In this document: piece by piece, positions 10,831 through 20,997 of the stretch
Numbering within the stretch: the first letter of the stretch is position 1
Layout: the number at the start of each line of letters is the position of its first letter
From: Desulfobacterales bacterium
Lineage (GTDB): Bacteria; Desulfobacterota; Desulfobacteria; Desulfobacterales; UBA2174
DNA: 64,000 bases
Direction of reading: 5' to 3'
Assembly: GCA_963668645.2 (NCBI GenBank)
Contig: CAXXWC010000021.1
Coordinates: 608,001-672,000, forward strand
Program-made: the position numbers and the translations under genes
Notes under the pieces: generated by a model
What the model saw: only the letters and a program-made list of their open reading frames with translations
What the model was told of the DNA's origin: nothing
Database searches by the model: none

Positions 10831-10883
10831 GTGTCTATATATTGAACTGTGTTTTATATATAGACACGAAATGTTCGTGTCAA
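10831..10883 (-). promoter_or_regulatory. Sigma70-like promoter toward tctC overlapped by palindromic operators (candidate IclR sites)
   Basis: Minus strand TTGACA (10883-10878)-N17-TATATA; IR gtgtctatata...tatatagacac (10831-10867); IR gacacgaa-atg-ttcgtgtc (10863-10881). Confidence 0.6.
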
Positions 10884-11040
10884 GCATTTTTTCGCTTGTC
10901 AAGTATTTTTTACGGCGGTTCTCGCCGACGGCCCTGCTACGGCCCCACCGACGAACCGAACCGGCACTATTTGACGGCAATCCTCTGTTCCGCCGAGAGG
11001 TTACCCCATCGAGAGCGTTCTTACATTTCTTTGATCAGGC

Positions 11041-11270
11041 GATGTGGCCGATCTTATGAAACGCGGACGTGCTTCCATTGTTCTTACCGGATGCAAGGCC
11101 CATGCCACCGACCTGGAAAACGGTTTCAGAAAAAGGTGGACCGGGTCGTCTGCCTCACCGGCGGCATTGCGGACAGGGAATCTGCCCCGGGCATGGCAGA
11201 CATCCAAGCCATCCCGTCCGGCGAAAGGCACCCTGCAACAATACACTGGCGGGCTCCACAAAGATTTGCG
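11041..11270 (+). pseudogene. Diverged, internally deleted fragment of the downstream helicase gene
   Basis: Aligns with 14061-14244 and ~14340-14385, with indels. Confidence 0.85.
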
Positions 11271-11349
11271 ATAACACTAAAGAACCGATAAATTACGTTG
11301 CCTGACATCCAAAAAATATGGCAAAAGCGTTGTTCAAGGAGGTTTTGGC

Positions 11350-11785
11350 ATGTTTGATTATCCGGCCTATTTGAAAAAACTCACCTCAGGTGAGCCTGTA
11401 GACAACCCCTTTCTTGATTTTCTGGGGATCACCGTCGAGGAGATCCGCCAGGGTTATGCCCGATTCAGCATGGCCATCCGGCCCGAGTTCCGGCAAGGGG
11501 CAGGAATTCTCCAAGGCGGGCTTTCCATCGCGCTTTCCAGCGAAACAGCCGCCCACGCCGTGATGACCACTCTCGCCCCCCGGTGAAAACCTGACCACGA
11601 TCGAGCTGAAAAACAACTTTTTGTCCATGGCCTCTGAAGGGCGCTTGATTGCCGAAGCGACGGTGTTCAAACGCGGGCGCGTCCTGGTTATCGTCGACTG
11701 CATGGACCGTAATGATCGGGACAGGGATATTTCCCGGAGCAGCGCCACCCTGATGGTGATTCGTGAGCAAACCCGTTCGAAGTGA
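11350..11785 (+). pseudogene. PaaI/hotdog-fold thioesterase, frameshifted
   Basis: NPFLDFLG..G.LQGG in the first frame; after the C6 run (11576-11581) the next frame gives GENLTTIELKNNFL...L.AEA.V.KRGR to TGA at 11785. Confidence 0.82.
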
Positions 11786-12038
11786 ACGCAGCGACCGGAC
11801 GGCTCAGCTTTTCACACTTCAACACCACAGAACCGAAACGCGCGATTGCACTTGTTTGAATCCGGAATCGAAGGTAGCGATTTCTGACCGCAGACAGGCT
11901 GGTGCATTTTTTTTAGGTTGATGTCTTTGCAGCACGACATGTTGTGCTTTTCTATGCAAATCGAGAAGTTGGCAAACGTCGGGTTTGCCATTTCAGCCTG
12001 TTGCATATATAAAACCAGCACGACATGGACGATCCGAA

Positions 12039-14945
12039 ATGAAAGACCTGCCATATCCGGAACTGAAAGATAAATTCCAGGCCCTTGTCGAAGAGAACAA
12101 ATCTCTGAAGGCCAGAATAGCGGAACTGGAATCTGCTCTCCGTTCAACCCAGTCCCATCCAGATCCGACTCCGGATCTATGTACCCCCGGTCCGAGCCGG
12201 GACATTCTCGCCGATGGTGCGGACAAACACGTCAACCATTATTCCCCGATAAGTGAAAAAATCGCGCTCTTCATGTCCCTGTTCAATGGGCGTTCGGATG
12301 TCTATGCCCGAAAATGGTGCAGTAAAAAGGGAAAATCCGGATACAGCCCGGTCTGCCGGAATGAGTGGCGGCCCGGGGTCTGTGACAGGCCCCGGATGAA
12401 ATGCTACAAGTGCCCCCACAAAGCCCACGTTCCCTTTTCGCAAACCGTGGTGGAATTCCACCTCAGGGGCAATCTGATTGCAGGCATCTATCCCTTGCTA
12501 CCCGGCGACACCTGTCACTTTTTAGCCATGGATTTTGATGAAGAAGGTTGGGAAAAAGACATTGCCGTTATTCAGAGAACCTGCGCCCGGTTTGATATCC
12601 CCGTGGCGGTCGAACGATCCCAGTCCGGCAACGGCGGCCATGTCTGGTTTTTCTTCAAGCAGCAGCACCCCGCCGCCCTGGCCCGGAGATTCGGTACGGC
12701 CTTGCTCACCCATGCCATGGGAAAACGCCACGAAATCGCCTTCTCGTCCTATGACCGGCTGTTTCCCAACCAGGATACCATGCCGGAAGGCGGATACGGC
12801 AACCTCATCGCCCTACCACTTCAGAAAAAGGCCCGTGAAAAGGGGAACTCTGTTTTTGTCGATGAAAACTTCGCACCATGGCCGGACCAGTGGGCGTTTC
12901 TTTCCCAGGCACCGCGACTGGATGAAGCGCAACTAAACAGCGTTATCGCAAAACTGGTCCGGGGACTGGATCTGGGGGAATTGAAAACGGGGCCGGAAGA
13001 AGAAGCGACACCCTGGAGAACGGTTCGAGGAAAATTAACGCAGGATGACTTTTCAAGATCCGCTAAAATCATCAAATCCGGGATGCTCTACATCGATAAA
13101 AAAGGATTCAGCCAAAGGGCGTTGAACACGATCAAGCGATTGGCGGCTTTCAAAAACCCGTTATTCTACAAGGCCCAGGCCATGCGTTTGTCCACCTTTG
13201 GCAAGCCCCGGGTAATCTCCTGTTGCGACGATCATGGCACCCATCTGTCCCTTCCCCGCGGTTGTGAAAGCGACCTTCAGGCTCTTTTGGATGAACATGG
13301 AGTAAATCGAAAAAGCACGGATGAAACCAACCCGGGAAAACCGATCCGGGTTGAATTCAACGGGATCTTGAAAGGTGAGCAGCAGGCAGCGGTAAAAGCG
13401 CTGCTTGCCCATGACATCGGGGTTCTGGCCGCTGCCACGGCATTCGGAAAAACCGTCGTCGGGGCCAGCCTGATCGCTGCAAAACAGGTCAACACCCTGG
13501 TTCTGGTTCACCGGCAGCAGTTGGTTTCACAATGGCGCGAGCGCCTGGCCCGGTTTCTCGTCATCAACGAAACCCTTCCCGAACCCCAGGCGAAACGCGG
13601 GCGGAAAAGAAAAACGGAAATCATCGGTCACCTGGCCGCCGGCAAGGATCGGCTCTCTTCCATTGTGGATGTTGCCCTTATGCAGTCTCTCAACCGGGGC
13701 GGTGATGTCCGCGAATGCGTGAAAAACTACGGAATGATCATTGTGGACGAATGCCACCACGTTCCGGCTTTCACCTTTGAACAGATTTTGAAAAAGGCCA
13801 ATGCAAAATCCGTTTACGGCCTGACCGCCACCCCCGGGAGACCTGACGGCCATCATCCCATTATCTTTTTTTACTGCGGCCCTGTGCGGTATTCAGTCGA
13901 CGCGAAAAAGCAGGCACAAAAGAGCCCTTTTAACCATTGCCTGATTCCCCGTTTCACCTCCTTTCGGGCCGGCGCAGGGAAAGACGGCAAGGAACTGACC
14001 CTGCATGAAATCAAAGAGCGACTGGTATCAGATGAAATCCGCAACCAACTCATCGTTGACGATGTGGTCCGATCTTATGAAACGGGACGTGCTTCCCTTG
14101 TCCTCACCGGCCGCAAGGCCCATGTCGCCGACCTGGGAAAACGGCTTCAGAAAAAAGTGGACCGGGTCATCTGCCTCACCGGCGGCATGGGGGACAAGGA
14201 ATCCGCCCGGATCATGGCAGACATCCAGGCTATCCCGCCCGGCGAGCCTTTTGTCCTGGTTTCAACGGGATCGTACATCGGGGAAGGCTTTGACGAGCCC
14301 CGGCTGGACACCCTGTTTTTTGCTATGCCCATATCCTGGAAAGGCACCCTGCAACAATACGCAGGCAGGCTCCACCGGATTTGTGAAAACAAAAAGGAGG
14401 TGCAGATCTACGATTATGTGGATCTGCATGTGAGAATGCTGGAGCGGATGTATGGTAAAAGGCTAAAAGGGTATGCCGCCATCGGTTACCGGACAAGGGT
14501 TGAAACCTTTTCAAAATCCCCCACCAATATCATTTTCGGCAAGGACAACTTTTTCCCGGTTTATGTGAAGGACATCGAAAACGCTTCAACCAGCGTAACC
14601 ATCGTCAGCCCATTTGTCTCACGAAAAAGGATGTTGCAGATGATGGCGTATTTTCAAGCCCTCCTGTCAAAACAGGTACGCGTGACGATCATGACACGCC
14701 CCGCCAAGGATTTCTCGGCTGGAAACAAGGCCGTCCTTCAGGATGTTTTCTCCATGGCTGAAGCAGCAGGTATCCGACTGATCCAAAAACCCAGTATCCA
14801 CCAGAAATTTGCCGTCATAGACGATCACATCACATGGTACGGCAGTATCAACTTGCTGAGTTTCGGGTATTCCGAGGAAAGCATCATGCGTCTACAAAGC
14901 AGCAGCATTGCTTGTGAGTTGCTGGCCTCTAACGCTTTGGCATGA
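12039..14945 (+). CDS. AEP/TOTE-primase-like domain + SF2 (ResIII-type) helicase + PLD-nuclease fusion
   Basis: GIYPLL..D.C.FLAMDFD, ERSQSGNGGHVW and GNLIALPLQ; TAFGKT, VDECHH, LTATP, GEGFD, QYAGRLHR; C-terminal HQKFAVID...YGSINL. Confidence 0.88.
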   Translation: MKDLPYPELKDKFQALVEENKSLKARIAELESALRSTQSHPDPTPDLCTPGPSRDILADGADKHVNHYSPISEKIALFMSLFNGRSDVYARKWCSKKGKSGYSPVCRNEWRPGVCDRPRMKCYKCPHKAHVPFSQTVVEFHLRGNLIAGIYPLLPGDTCHFLAMDFDEEGWEKDIAVIQRTCARFDIPVAVERSQSGNGGHVWFFFKQQHPAALARRFGTALLTHAMGKRHEIAFSSYDRLFPNQDTMPEGGYGNLIALPLQKKAREKGNSVFVDENFAPWPDQWAFLSQAPRLDEAQLNSVIAKLVRGLDLGELKTGPEEEATPWRTVRGKLTQDDFSRSAKIIKSGMLYIDKKGFSQRALNTIKRLAAFKNPLFYKAQAMRLSTFGKPRVISCCDDHGTHLSLPRGCESDLQALLDEHGVNRKSTDETNPGKPIRVEFNGILKGEQQAAVKALLAHDIGVLAAATAFGKTVVGASLIAAKQVNTLVLVHRQQLVSQWRERLARFLVINETLPEPQAKRGRKRKTEIIGHLAAGKDRLSSIVDVALMQSLNRGGDVRECVKNYGMIIVDECHHVPAFTFEQILKKANAKSVYGLTATPGRPDGHHPIIFFYCGPVRYSVDAKKQAQKSPFNHCLIPRFTSFRAGAGKDGKELTLHEIKERLVSDEIRNQLIVDDVVRSYETGRASLVLTGRKAHVADLGKRLQKKVDRVICLTGGMGDKESARIMADIQAIPPGEPFVLVSTGSYIGEGFDEPRLDTLFFAMPISWKGTLQQYAGRLHRICENKKEVQIYDYVDLHVRMLERMYGKRLKGYAAIGYRTRVETFSKSPTNIIFGKDNFFPVYVKDIENASTSVTIVSPFVSRKRMLQMMAYFQALLSKQVRVTIMTRPAKDFSAGNKAVLQDVFSMAEAAGIRLIQKPSIHQKFAVIDDHITWYGSINLLSFGYSEESIMRLQSSSIACELLASNALA

Positions 14946-15109
14946 AGCTTTATCGCGCCAGGGGACAAAAGTAGTGCGGCGTCCCGAAAAATTCGGCACA
15001 CACCTCAGTTTTTATTATTTTAGTCGCGGACTGCGCCGGTTTACGAACGGTGCTATCATTTCGATTTTATAACTGTTTATGATCCATGTTTCCACAAATC
15101 CCCAACTGA

Positions 15110-16487
15110 AGTTTGACAAGCTCGTAAAAAATCGGAGTTCGAATCAAACCGCGTTATGAGCATATGTTCGTAATGCAAGTTTCCTGGCGGCCCATCCGGC
15201 CATAGAACGGAAAATGCCGCCTATTCGCTCTTTGAAAAGCCGAAAAACACGACAAACACCCTGGTTCCGGTCTGTTTCGGCCCCGCTGGCCCGCATCCGG
15301 GCCTGCCTGGCCGCCACTGCCCGCATGATGTTGAGCGCCGTAGCCTTCATCACCGCAGCATAGTGTACGGCCTTTCGGCCTCTGACCCTCAAGCGTTTGA
15401 CTCCCGTAAGCCGATCATACTGGCTCATGGTCGCCTCAACCCCGGCGCGCCACCGGTACTTTTGCCTGAATTCTTCACTGCGTTCATACTGGCGCCGTTT
15501 GGCGATGCGAAGATTTTTTTCAGTGTAGTTCAGGCAGAAAAACTTGGCCTTCCTTTTCACGACACAGTCGGATACCAGGAGGCATTTTTCGCAAAGATCG
15601 ATTTCAAAACCCTGGGTGTAACGATCCTTCTTTTTCTTGCGCAAAGCCGGTTCGTGACCGGCAGGGCATTTATCCACATGTCCACTGGAGAGGAACTGAA
15701 AAGCGCTCAGGCTCCCCGATTCGCTCTTTTCTACCCCCATCTTAGGACTGATTACCTCGACACCCAACTCGGCGGCCTGTTGGCAGTTTTCATCCGAACC
15801 GTAAAGGGAATCTGCCTGAACCTGTTCGGGGGCAAGACCGGTTTCCAGGGTCGTCTCGATGGCCGGCAGAAGCGCCTGCGCATCGCTTTGGCAAGCAGGT
15901 CCCACTTCGACGTAGGTGATCAAATTCAACTGGCCCGGGTCCTTGGCGCCATCTTCGTGCTCGCTGTAGGTCTCCATGATCTGGACCTGGTAGCCTTGGC
16001 CTTTGTGGCCACTGTAGGTAGCATCCGGATCGGAGGGGTTTTGCAGTGAATCGGAAGGAATCTGTTTGGGTGCCTTGACCTCGATGGTGCCATCGTCATG
16101 CACATCCAACTGGTCTTTGACAATCCGGCAAAGCAGCTTGTAGCTGTGCATGTCGGCCACCTGCCGGTTGGCGGCAAACTGGGTTGCCAGCCGGTACAGG
16201 TCGTCGGCGACATCGGATAAAACCCTTTTGGACTCCGACGGCTTAACTCCGGCAAAGCACTGCCTGGCCTTTTCGCCCTGGTAGCGCTGGATCAGTTCCC
16301 CATCGATACGGCCGTAAACGATAGGATGGTGGCGCTTGAGGTTGACTAAAAACCGGTCGATGCCTTTGACGAAAATCCCGATGCGCCCGAGACGGGCCAT
16401 GTTGGAGCGGATGTGAACCGAGTCGATGCGCTGGTGACCGGTATCGACTTTGAACACGTCGGCCAACTTGACGACCACGGCGTCGAA
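15110..16487 (-). mobile_element. IS1182/IS5-like element, 5'-truncated; transposase ORF 15144-16478
   Basis: QRIDSVHI, LQNPSDPDATY, ADSLYGS, YRWRAGVEATMS; right end ...aagctcgtaaaaa; N-terminal part replaced by the fixB duplicate. Confidence 0.85.
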
Positions 16488-16489
16488 AA

Positions 16490-16921
16490 CCGCCTAAAAC
16501 CGCCACCCGCCGCCTCGAAACCCGGCCCAAGACCGGCAGCGACGTCGACCTATCCGCCGCCAAGAAGGTGATCGGAGTCGGGCGCGGCTTTGCCAGGCAA
16601 GCGGACCTGGCCATGGCCGATGAGTTGGCCGCCCTGATCGATGCCACGGTGGGCTGCAGCCGCCCCCTGGCCGAAATCGAGCACTGGCTGCCCAAGGCGC
16701 GCTACATCGGGGTCTCGGGCCAGATGATCAAACCGGACCTCTACCTGGCCCTCGGCATCTCTGGACAGGTCCAGCATATGTTCGGCGTCAGCCAGGCCCA
16801 CACCATCGTGGCGGTCAACAAGGACAAGAACGCACCGATCTTCCAGCAGGCCGATTACGGCATCGTCGCAGATCTTTACACCGTGCTGCCGGCCCTGATC
16901 GAAAGGTGCCGCAACCGGTAG
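16490..16921 (+). pseudogene. fixB: fixB 3' fragment
   Basis: Near-identical to 219-650; 5' part absent. Confidence 0.88.
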
Positions 16922-17039
16922 CGCCATCGAAAACGACGACCATCGGCCGGCTTTGCGGCCGTCGGCGCGCGCCCTGTCCGGCGCCGGCCCCAGGCCGCGC
17001 GCTTCGCGCGCCCGGATCCGGTGCGCAGTGGAGGCTCTT

Positions 17040-18318
17040 TTGAGCGATGACGAAAAATTCGACGTGGCGATCATCGGCGCCGGCCCGGCCGGCGCCGCCT
17101 GCGCCTACCGTCTGGCCAAGGCCGGAAAACAGGTGTTGCTGCTGGAACGCGGCGACACGCCCGGCGCCAAGAACCTCGCCGGCGGGCGCTTTTACACCTA
17201 CGCCCTGGAGATGCTCGATCTCGGCTTGAATGCCCAGGCGGCCCTGGAACGCCCGGTGACCCACGAACAGATCATGCTGCTTTCCGCTGATCGCGCCCTG
17301 GTCATCGACTACCGTGATCCGGTCCAGGCCCTGACTTCGAGTACGATCCTGCGGGCACACTTCGACGAATGGCTCGCCGGTCGGGCCGAGGCCGCCGGAG
17401 CGGTGCTGGCGTGCGGCATCCGGGTCGATGGGGTCATCGAACGTCAGGGGCGGATCGTGGGGGTACGCGCCGGGGAGGACGAAATCTTCGCGGATATGGT
17501 GGTGGCAGCCGACGGGGTCAACTCCCTGACGGCCCGAAGCCGCCGGCCTGATCCCGCAGATCCCGGCCCACACGGTGGGTGTCGGTCTCAAGGAAGTGAT
17601 CGCCCTGCCGGCCGAGACCATCGAGGCGCGCTTCAACCTCGCTCCGGGCCGAGGGGCGGCACGGGTAATCCTCGGCGGCACCAACGGAATCCACGGCGGT
17701 GGGTTTGTCTACACCAACCGCCAGAGCGTATCGCTGGGCTGCGTGCTTTCCCCCGGGCAGGCTGCTGAACGTAAAAAGCCGGTTCATGCCGTGCTCCAAC
17801 AACTCAAATGCCACCCGGCGATCCAGGCGCTGATTCAAGGCGGTCAGACCGTGGAGTACGGGGCCCACCTGGTCTCCGAAGCCGGGTGGCGCCAGGTTCC
17901 GGCCACCCTTGACCGCGATGGCCTTCTGTTGGCCGGCGATGCGGCCGGATTCGTGATCAACGCCGGGTACACCATCCGTGGTGTAGACCTGGCGATCCTG
18001 AGTGGGATCGCGGCCGCCGAGGCCATCGTCGCTGCAACGCGCGACTCCGAAGCAGGTCCGCTCTATCGGGAGGCCCTCGAACGGATAGGCCTGCTGGCGA
18101 CGATGAAGGCTGCCGACCCGACCTTCGACGTTCTGGATACCGCCTGGCTCTATGACAAAGCACCGGATACGGCAGCCGATGTATGCGCCGGTCTTTTCGC
18201 CGTCGGCAGCCATGCGCCCCGGCGGCTGCGGCAGATCGTGGCTGCGGCCGTTAAGCACAACAGGCTGTCCTGGTGGCAGATTCTAAAATTCGCTGCAAAG
18301 GGGATCCGATCGCTATGA
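17040..18318 (+). pseudogene. fixC: fixC duplicate, frameshifted
   Basis: ggcccaaagtgccggc in copy 1 vs ggcccgaagccgccggc in copy 2 (+1 nt) splits the ORF. Confidence 0.88.
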
Positions 18319-18608
18319 CCATCCAAATGATGGACGCCACAACGCTCTTGGCTGTGGACAAGATTGTCATCGACGAGGAAAACCCGCATATCCGGATCGA
18401 CCGGGACATCTGTCGCAAATGCGCGGAAAAACCGTGCCTCTATGTCTGCCCGGCGGCACTTTACACCCTCGATGCCGACGGCGATGTTTCCTACGACTAT
18501 GCCGGCTGCCTCGAATGCGGCACCTGCCGTCTGGTGTGCATGCCAAAGGGGATCATCCAATGGACCTATCCGCGGGCACCTTTCGGCATCCACTACAGGC
18601 ATGGATGA
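18315..18608 (+). CDS. fixX: FixX ferredoxin-like protein, second intact allele
   Basis: Same Cys motifs as the first copy, several substitutions. Confidence 0.88.
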   Translation: MTIQMMDATTLLAVDKIVIDEENPHIRIDRDICRKCAEKPCLYVCPAALYTLDADGDVSYDYAGCLECGTCRLVCMPKGIIQWTYPRAPFGIHYRHG

Positions 18609-18684
18609 AACCGTTACTATCGGCCGTCTTCAAATATAACTTCAATCTATTCATCACGGAGAAGATAACCGAACGAAAAACCAT

Positions 18685-18808
18685 TTGACCGGATCAGTTG
18701 TTCTTGGTATGGCACTCAACCAGCCGAGCAACCCGACAAGCCGGAGGGTGTACATAAATGAATAGTGGCCGGTGCCCCCTTTCCTGAACGGATTGTGGGG
18801 CTTTTTTT
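18685..18808 (+). promoter_or_regulatory. Promoter-RBS-micro-ORF-terminator unit A (candidate sRNA or leader)
   Basis: TTGACC-N17-TATGGC with extended TG; GGAGGG; ATG 18758 (MNSGRCPLS*); hairpin plus T7; homologous to 28819-28951. Confidence 0.55.
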
Positions 18809-19028
18809 GTTTTATGAGCCACACCGCATTGATATCCGCCATTTCGGGACCTTAGGTGGTTGCCGGTTTCTGGGGCGAGCCGTTTTGGCCGGAACCTGCG
18901 GGAGTGGTGCTGGCCGTGCAATCTTAAAATGAATTCGTATCAAGTATCAATACGACATGGTCGGCGTTCCTGTATGCCATAAGGCAAGAATTGAAACTGA
19001 GATATCTTTAACTTCAGGTTGATTTAAG

Positions 19029-19791
19029 ATGAGAATCGCAGATATAGACGCCAAAAGAAAGCAACGCTTTGCCTATCTTTGTATAGCCTTTTCCTTGCCA
19101 GTCGTGGTTTGCTTCACTGTAATCGATTTTATTGAAGGGGATACCTTAGAAATCATTATTAATATTTTGACGGCCATTGTCTTACTCTTCGGTTTACACG
19201 CCCTACGGGGACGCGAAATAAATCTTATGGACTTATCGGTCAGTCTTAATTGATCCTCGGCATGAGTTTTTTATACAATGTTATAATCGGTGCGGGAAAG
19301 GGAACGGCGATTTATTGGCTTTTTCCTTTTCCGTTGGTCTTTATGTTTTTTCTGGGAAAAAAAGAAGGAGGGATGGCTTCAGCCGTCTTTTTCTGCGCTC
19401 TGTGTATCTTGCTCATCAATCCGATCTCGTTTGAAATCTACGAGTATAGTACGGGGGAGAGTTTACGGTTTCTAGCGGCCTTGCTGTTGGTGATTTTGAT
19501 TGCCTACGGACTTGAATCCTCGCGCAACAAATACGAACTGTTGCTCATTGAAAAGCACAAAAACCTGCTCGATGAAAAAGGAAATCTTGAAAAAGCATTA
19601 AGAGAGATAAAAACCTTGAGTGGATTAATCCCGATCTGTAGCAACTGCAAAAAAATTCGCAACGACAAAGGGTATTGGCAGAAAGTTGAAGTCTATGTGA
19701 GAGATCATAGTTTTGCCGAGTTCACGCATGGATTTGCCCGGATTGTTACAAAAGCCTTTACCCGGATTATGAGATTCCAGAAGAAGAATAG
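19029..19791 (+). pseudogene. Membrane protein with C-terminal PICSxCKKIR...HGxCPDC domain, two frameshifts
   Basis: Hydrophobic segments split near 19240; LIPICSNCKKIRNDKGYW..FTHG then CPDCYKSLYP in a shifted frame to TAG at 19791. Confidence 0.72.
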
Positions 19792-19949
19792 CCAAGAAAA
19801 ACCGCCCGGCAAATCCTTCCAGCGTACTCTTTTTCGACCGCTGAATTTATCGAACTGTAAAAAAATCGGAATCGGATTGAAAAATCACCGCCAGGCCGCC
19901 ATGAGAACAACGTATTTATTATTTTCTGCTTGGCGAGAGGAAGCTTGAG

Positions 19950-20789
19950 TTGATTGCACTGAGTCTGTCCTTGACCGCCTGCCTCGGCTGGGGCGTGGCT
20001 GATTTTTTGGGGGGCATCCACAGCCGGCGTTTACCGACCCTGCTGGTGATGATGCTCTCGAATCTTTTCGGGTTGTTCGTCTTGGCCTTGATCGTGGCAT
20101 GGCGCGGTGTGGCCCTGCCGGCACACCCTGACCTGTTGTGGGCCGCCGCCGCGGCCGGTGCCGCCCTTATCGCCATGTTTCTGCTCTACAAAGGACTGGC
20201 CGAAGGCAATATGGCCATCGTTTCACCCATCAGCGCCACCGGCGTCATCCTGCCGGTGATAGCCGGCCTGGCCTGCGGTGAACGGCTCACCACCTTGCAA
20301 GCCGTGGGCATTATCGCGGCAGTGGCGGGAACAGTTATGGCGGCACGCGAAAACAAATCGCCACTCAACGGCAACCACGTGGCTACCGGTGCGGGACTGG
20401 CCGTGGGGTCGGCCCTGGCCATCGGGATCTTTTTCATCCTTATGGATCGGGCAAGCGAGGTGGATCCTTACTGGGCCGCTCTGGTGATGCGTATTTGCAT
20501 TGCAGCCCTGATCCTTCCGCTGCTGGCGGCCGCAAAGCCGCCGCTGCACCTTGGCCGCGGCAGCCTGGCAGGCCTTTTTGCCATGGGCACGCTGGACGCA
20601 TTGGCCAGCGTCTCTTTTGCCGTGGCCACCACCGTGGGCCTGTTGAGCCTTGTGGCGGTGCTGGGAAGCCTCTATCCGGTGATCACGGTTTTGCTGTCGG
20701 TCCTGGTGCTGCACGAACGGCCCGGAGTTCTGCAATCGGTGGGCGTGGCCCTGGCACTGACGGGCGTTGTCATGATCTCGGCCACCTGA
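19950..20789 (+). CDS. EamA/DMT family transporter
   Basis: WGVADFLGG, IVSPISA, GERL, SLYPVITV..LHER; two-repeat DMT architecture. Confidence 0.88.
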   Translation: MIALSLSLTACLGWGVADFLGGIHSRRLPTLLVMMLSNLFGLFVLALIVAWRGVALPAHPDLLWAAAAAGAALIAMFLLYKGLAEGNMAIVSPISATGVILPVIAGLACGERLTTLQAVGIIAAVAGTVMAARENKSPLNGNHVATGAGLAVGSALAIGIFFILMDRASEVDPYWAALVMRICIAALILPLLAAAKPPLHLGRGSLAGLFAMGTLDALASVSFAVATTVGLLSLVAVLGSLYPVITVLLSVLVLHERPGVLQSVGVALALTGVVMISAT

Positions 20790-20997
20790 GGCCGAAATTC
20801 TGTAGATGCGCGATCAAGCATCTACTGCTTCGGCCTGCACATCGGCGTTGCACCGGAGTATTTTTTCCGCAACAAGCAAATCCAGAAACCGGCAGTCTCA
20901 CTCACATTGGCACAGAGGGCATCGTTTACAAGACAGCAAACGGCGCCCCTCCCAGCCGGGAAGGACGCCGTTTGTAAACAGCGATGGTTCTAAGGGG

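Larger units (their letters stand above)
16490..18615 (+). repeat. Direct repeat, copy 2 (fixB'-fixC'-fixX)
   Basis: Near-identical to 219-2304, with 39 extra bp between fixB and fixC and a 1-bp insertion near 17540. Confidence 0.95.

Noticed and set aside
11041..14385. DGR template/variable repeat pair
   Set aside because: Mismatches are not adenine-specific, indels are present, and no reverse transcriptase is in the window
14925..15060. attC site after the helicase gene (CTAAC near the stop)
   Set aside because: No convincing L boxes or complementary GTT core
18685..18900. Known riboswitch (c-di-GMP, fluoride, ZTP, cobalamin)
   Set aside because: Consensus cores not recognised by eye; kept as an unassigned element
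19250..19948. 232-aa ORF as an intact gene
   Set aside because: Its tail is read-through after a frameshift in the HGxCPDC motif; it is part of a pseudogene
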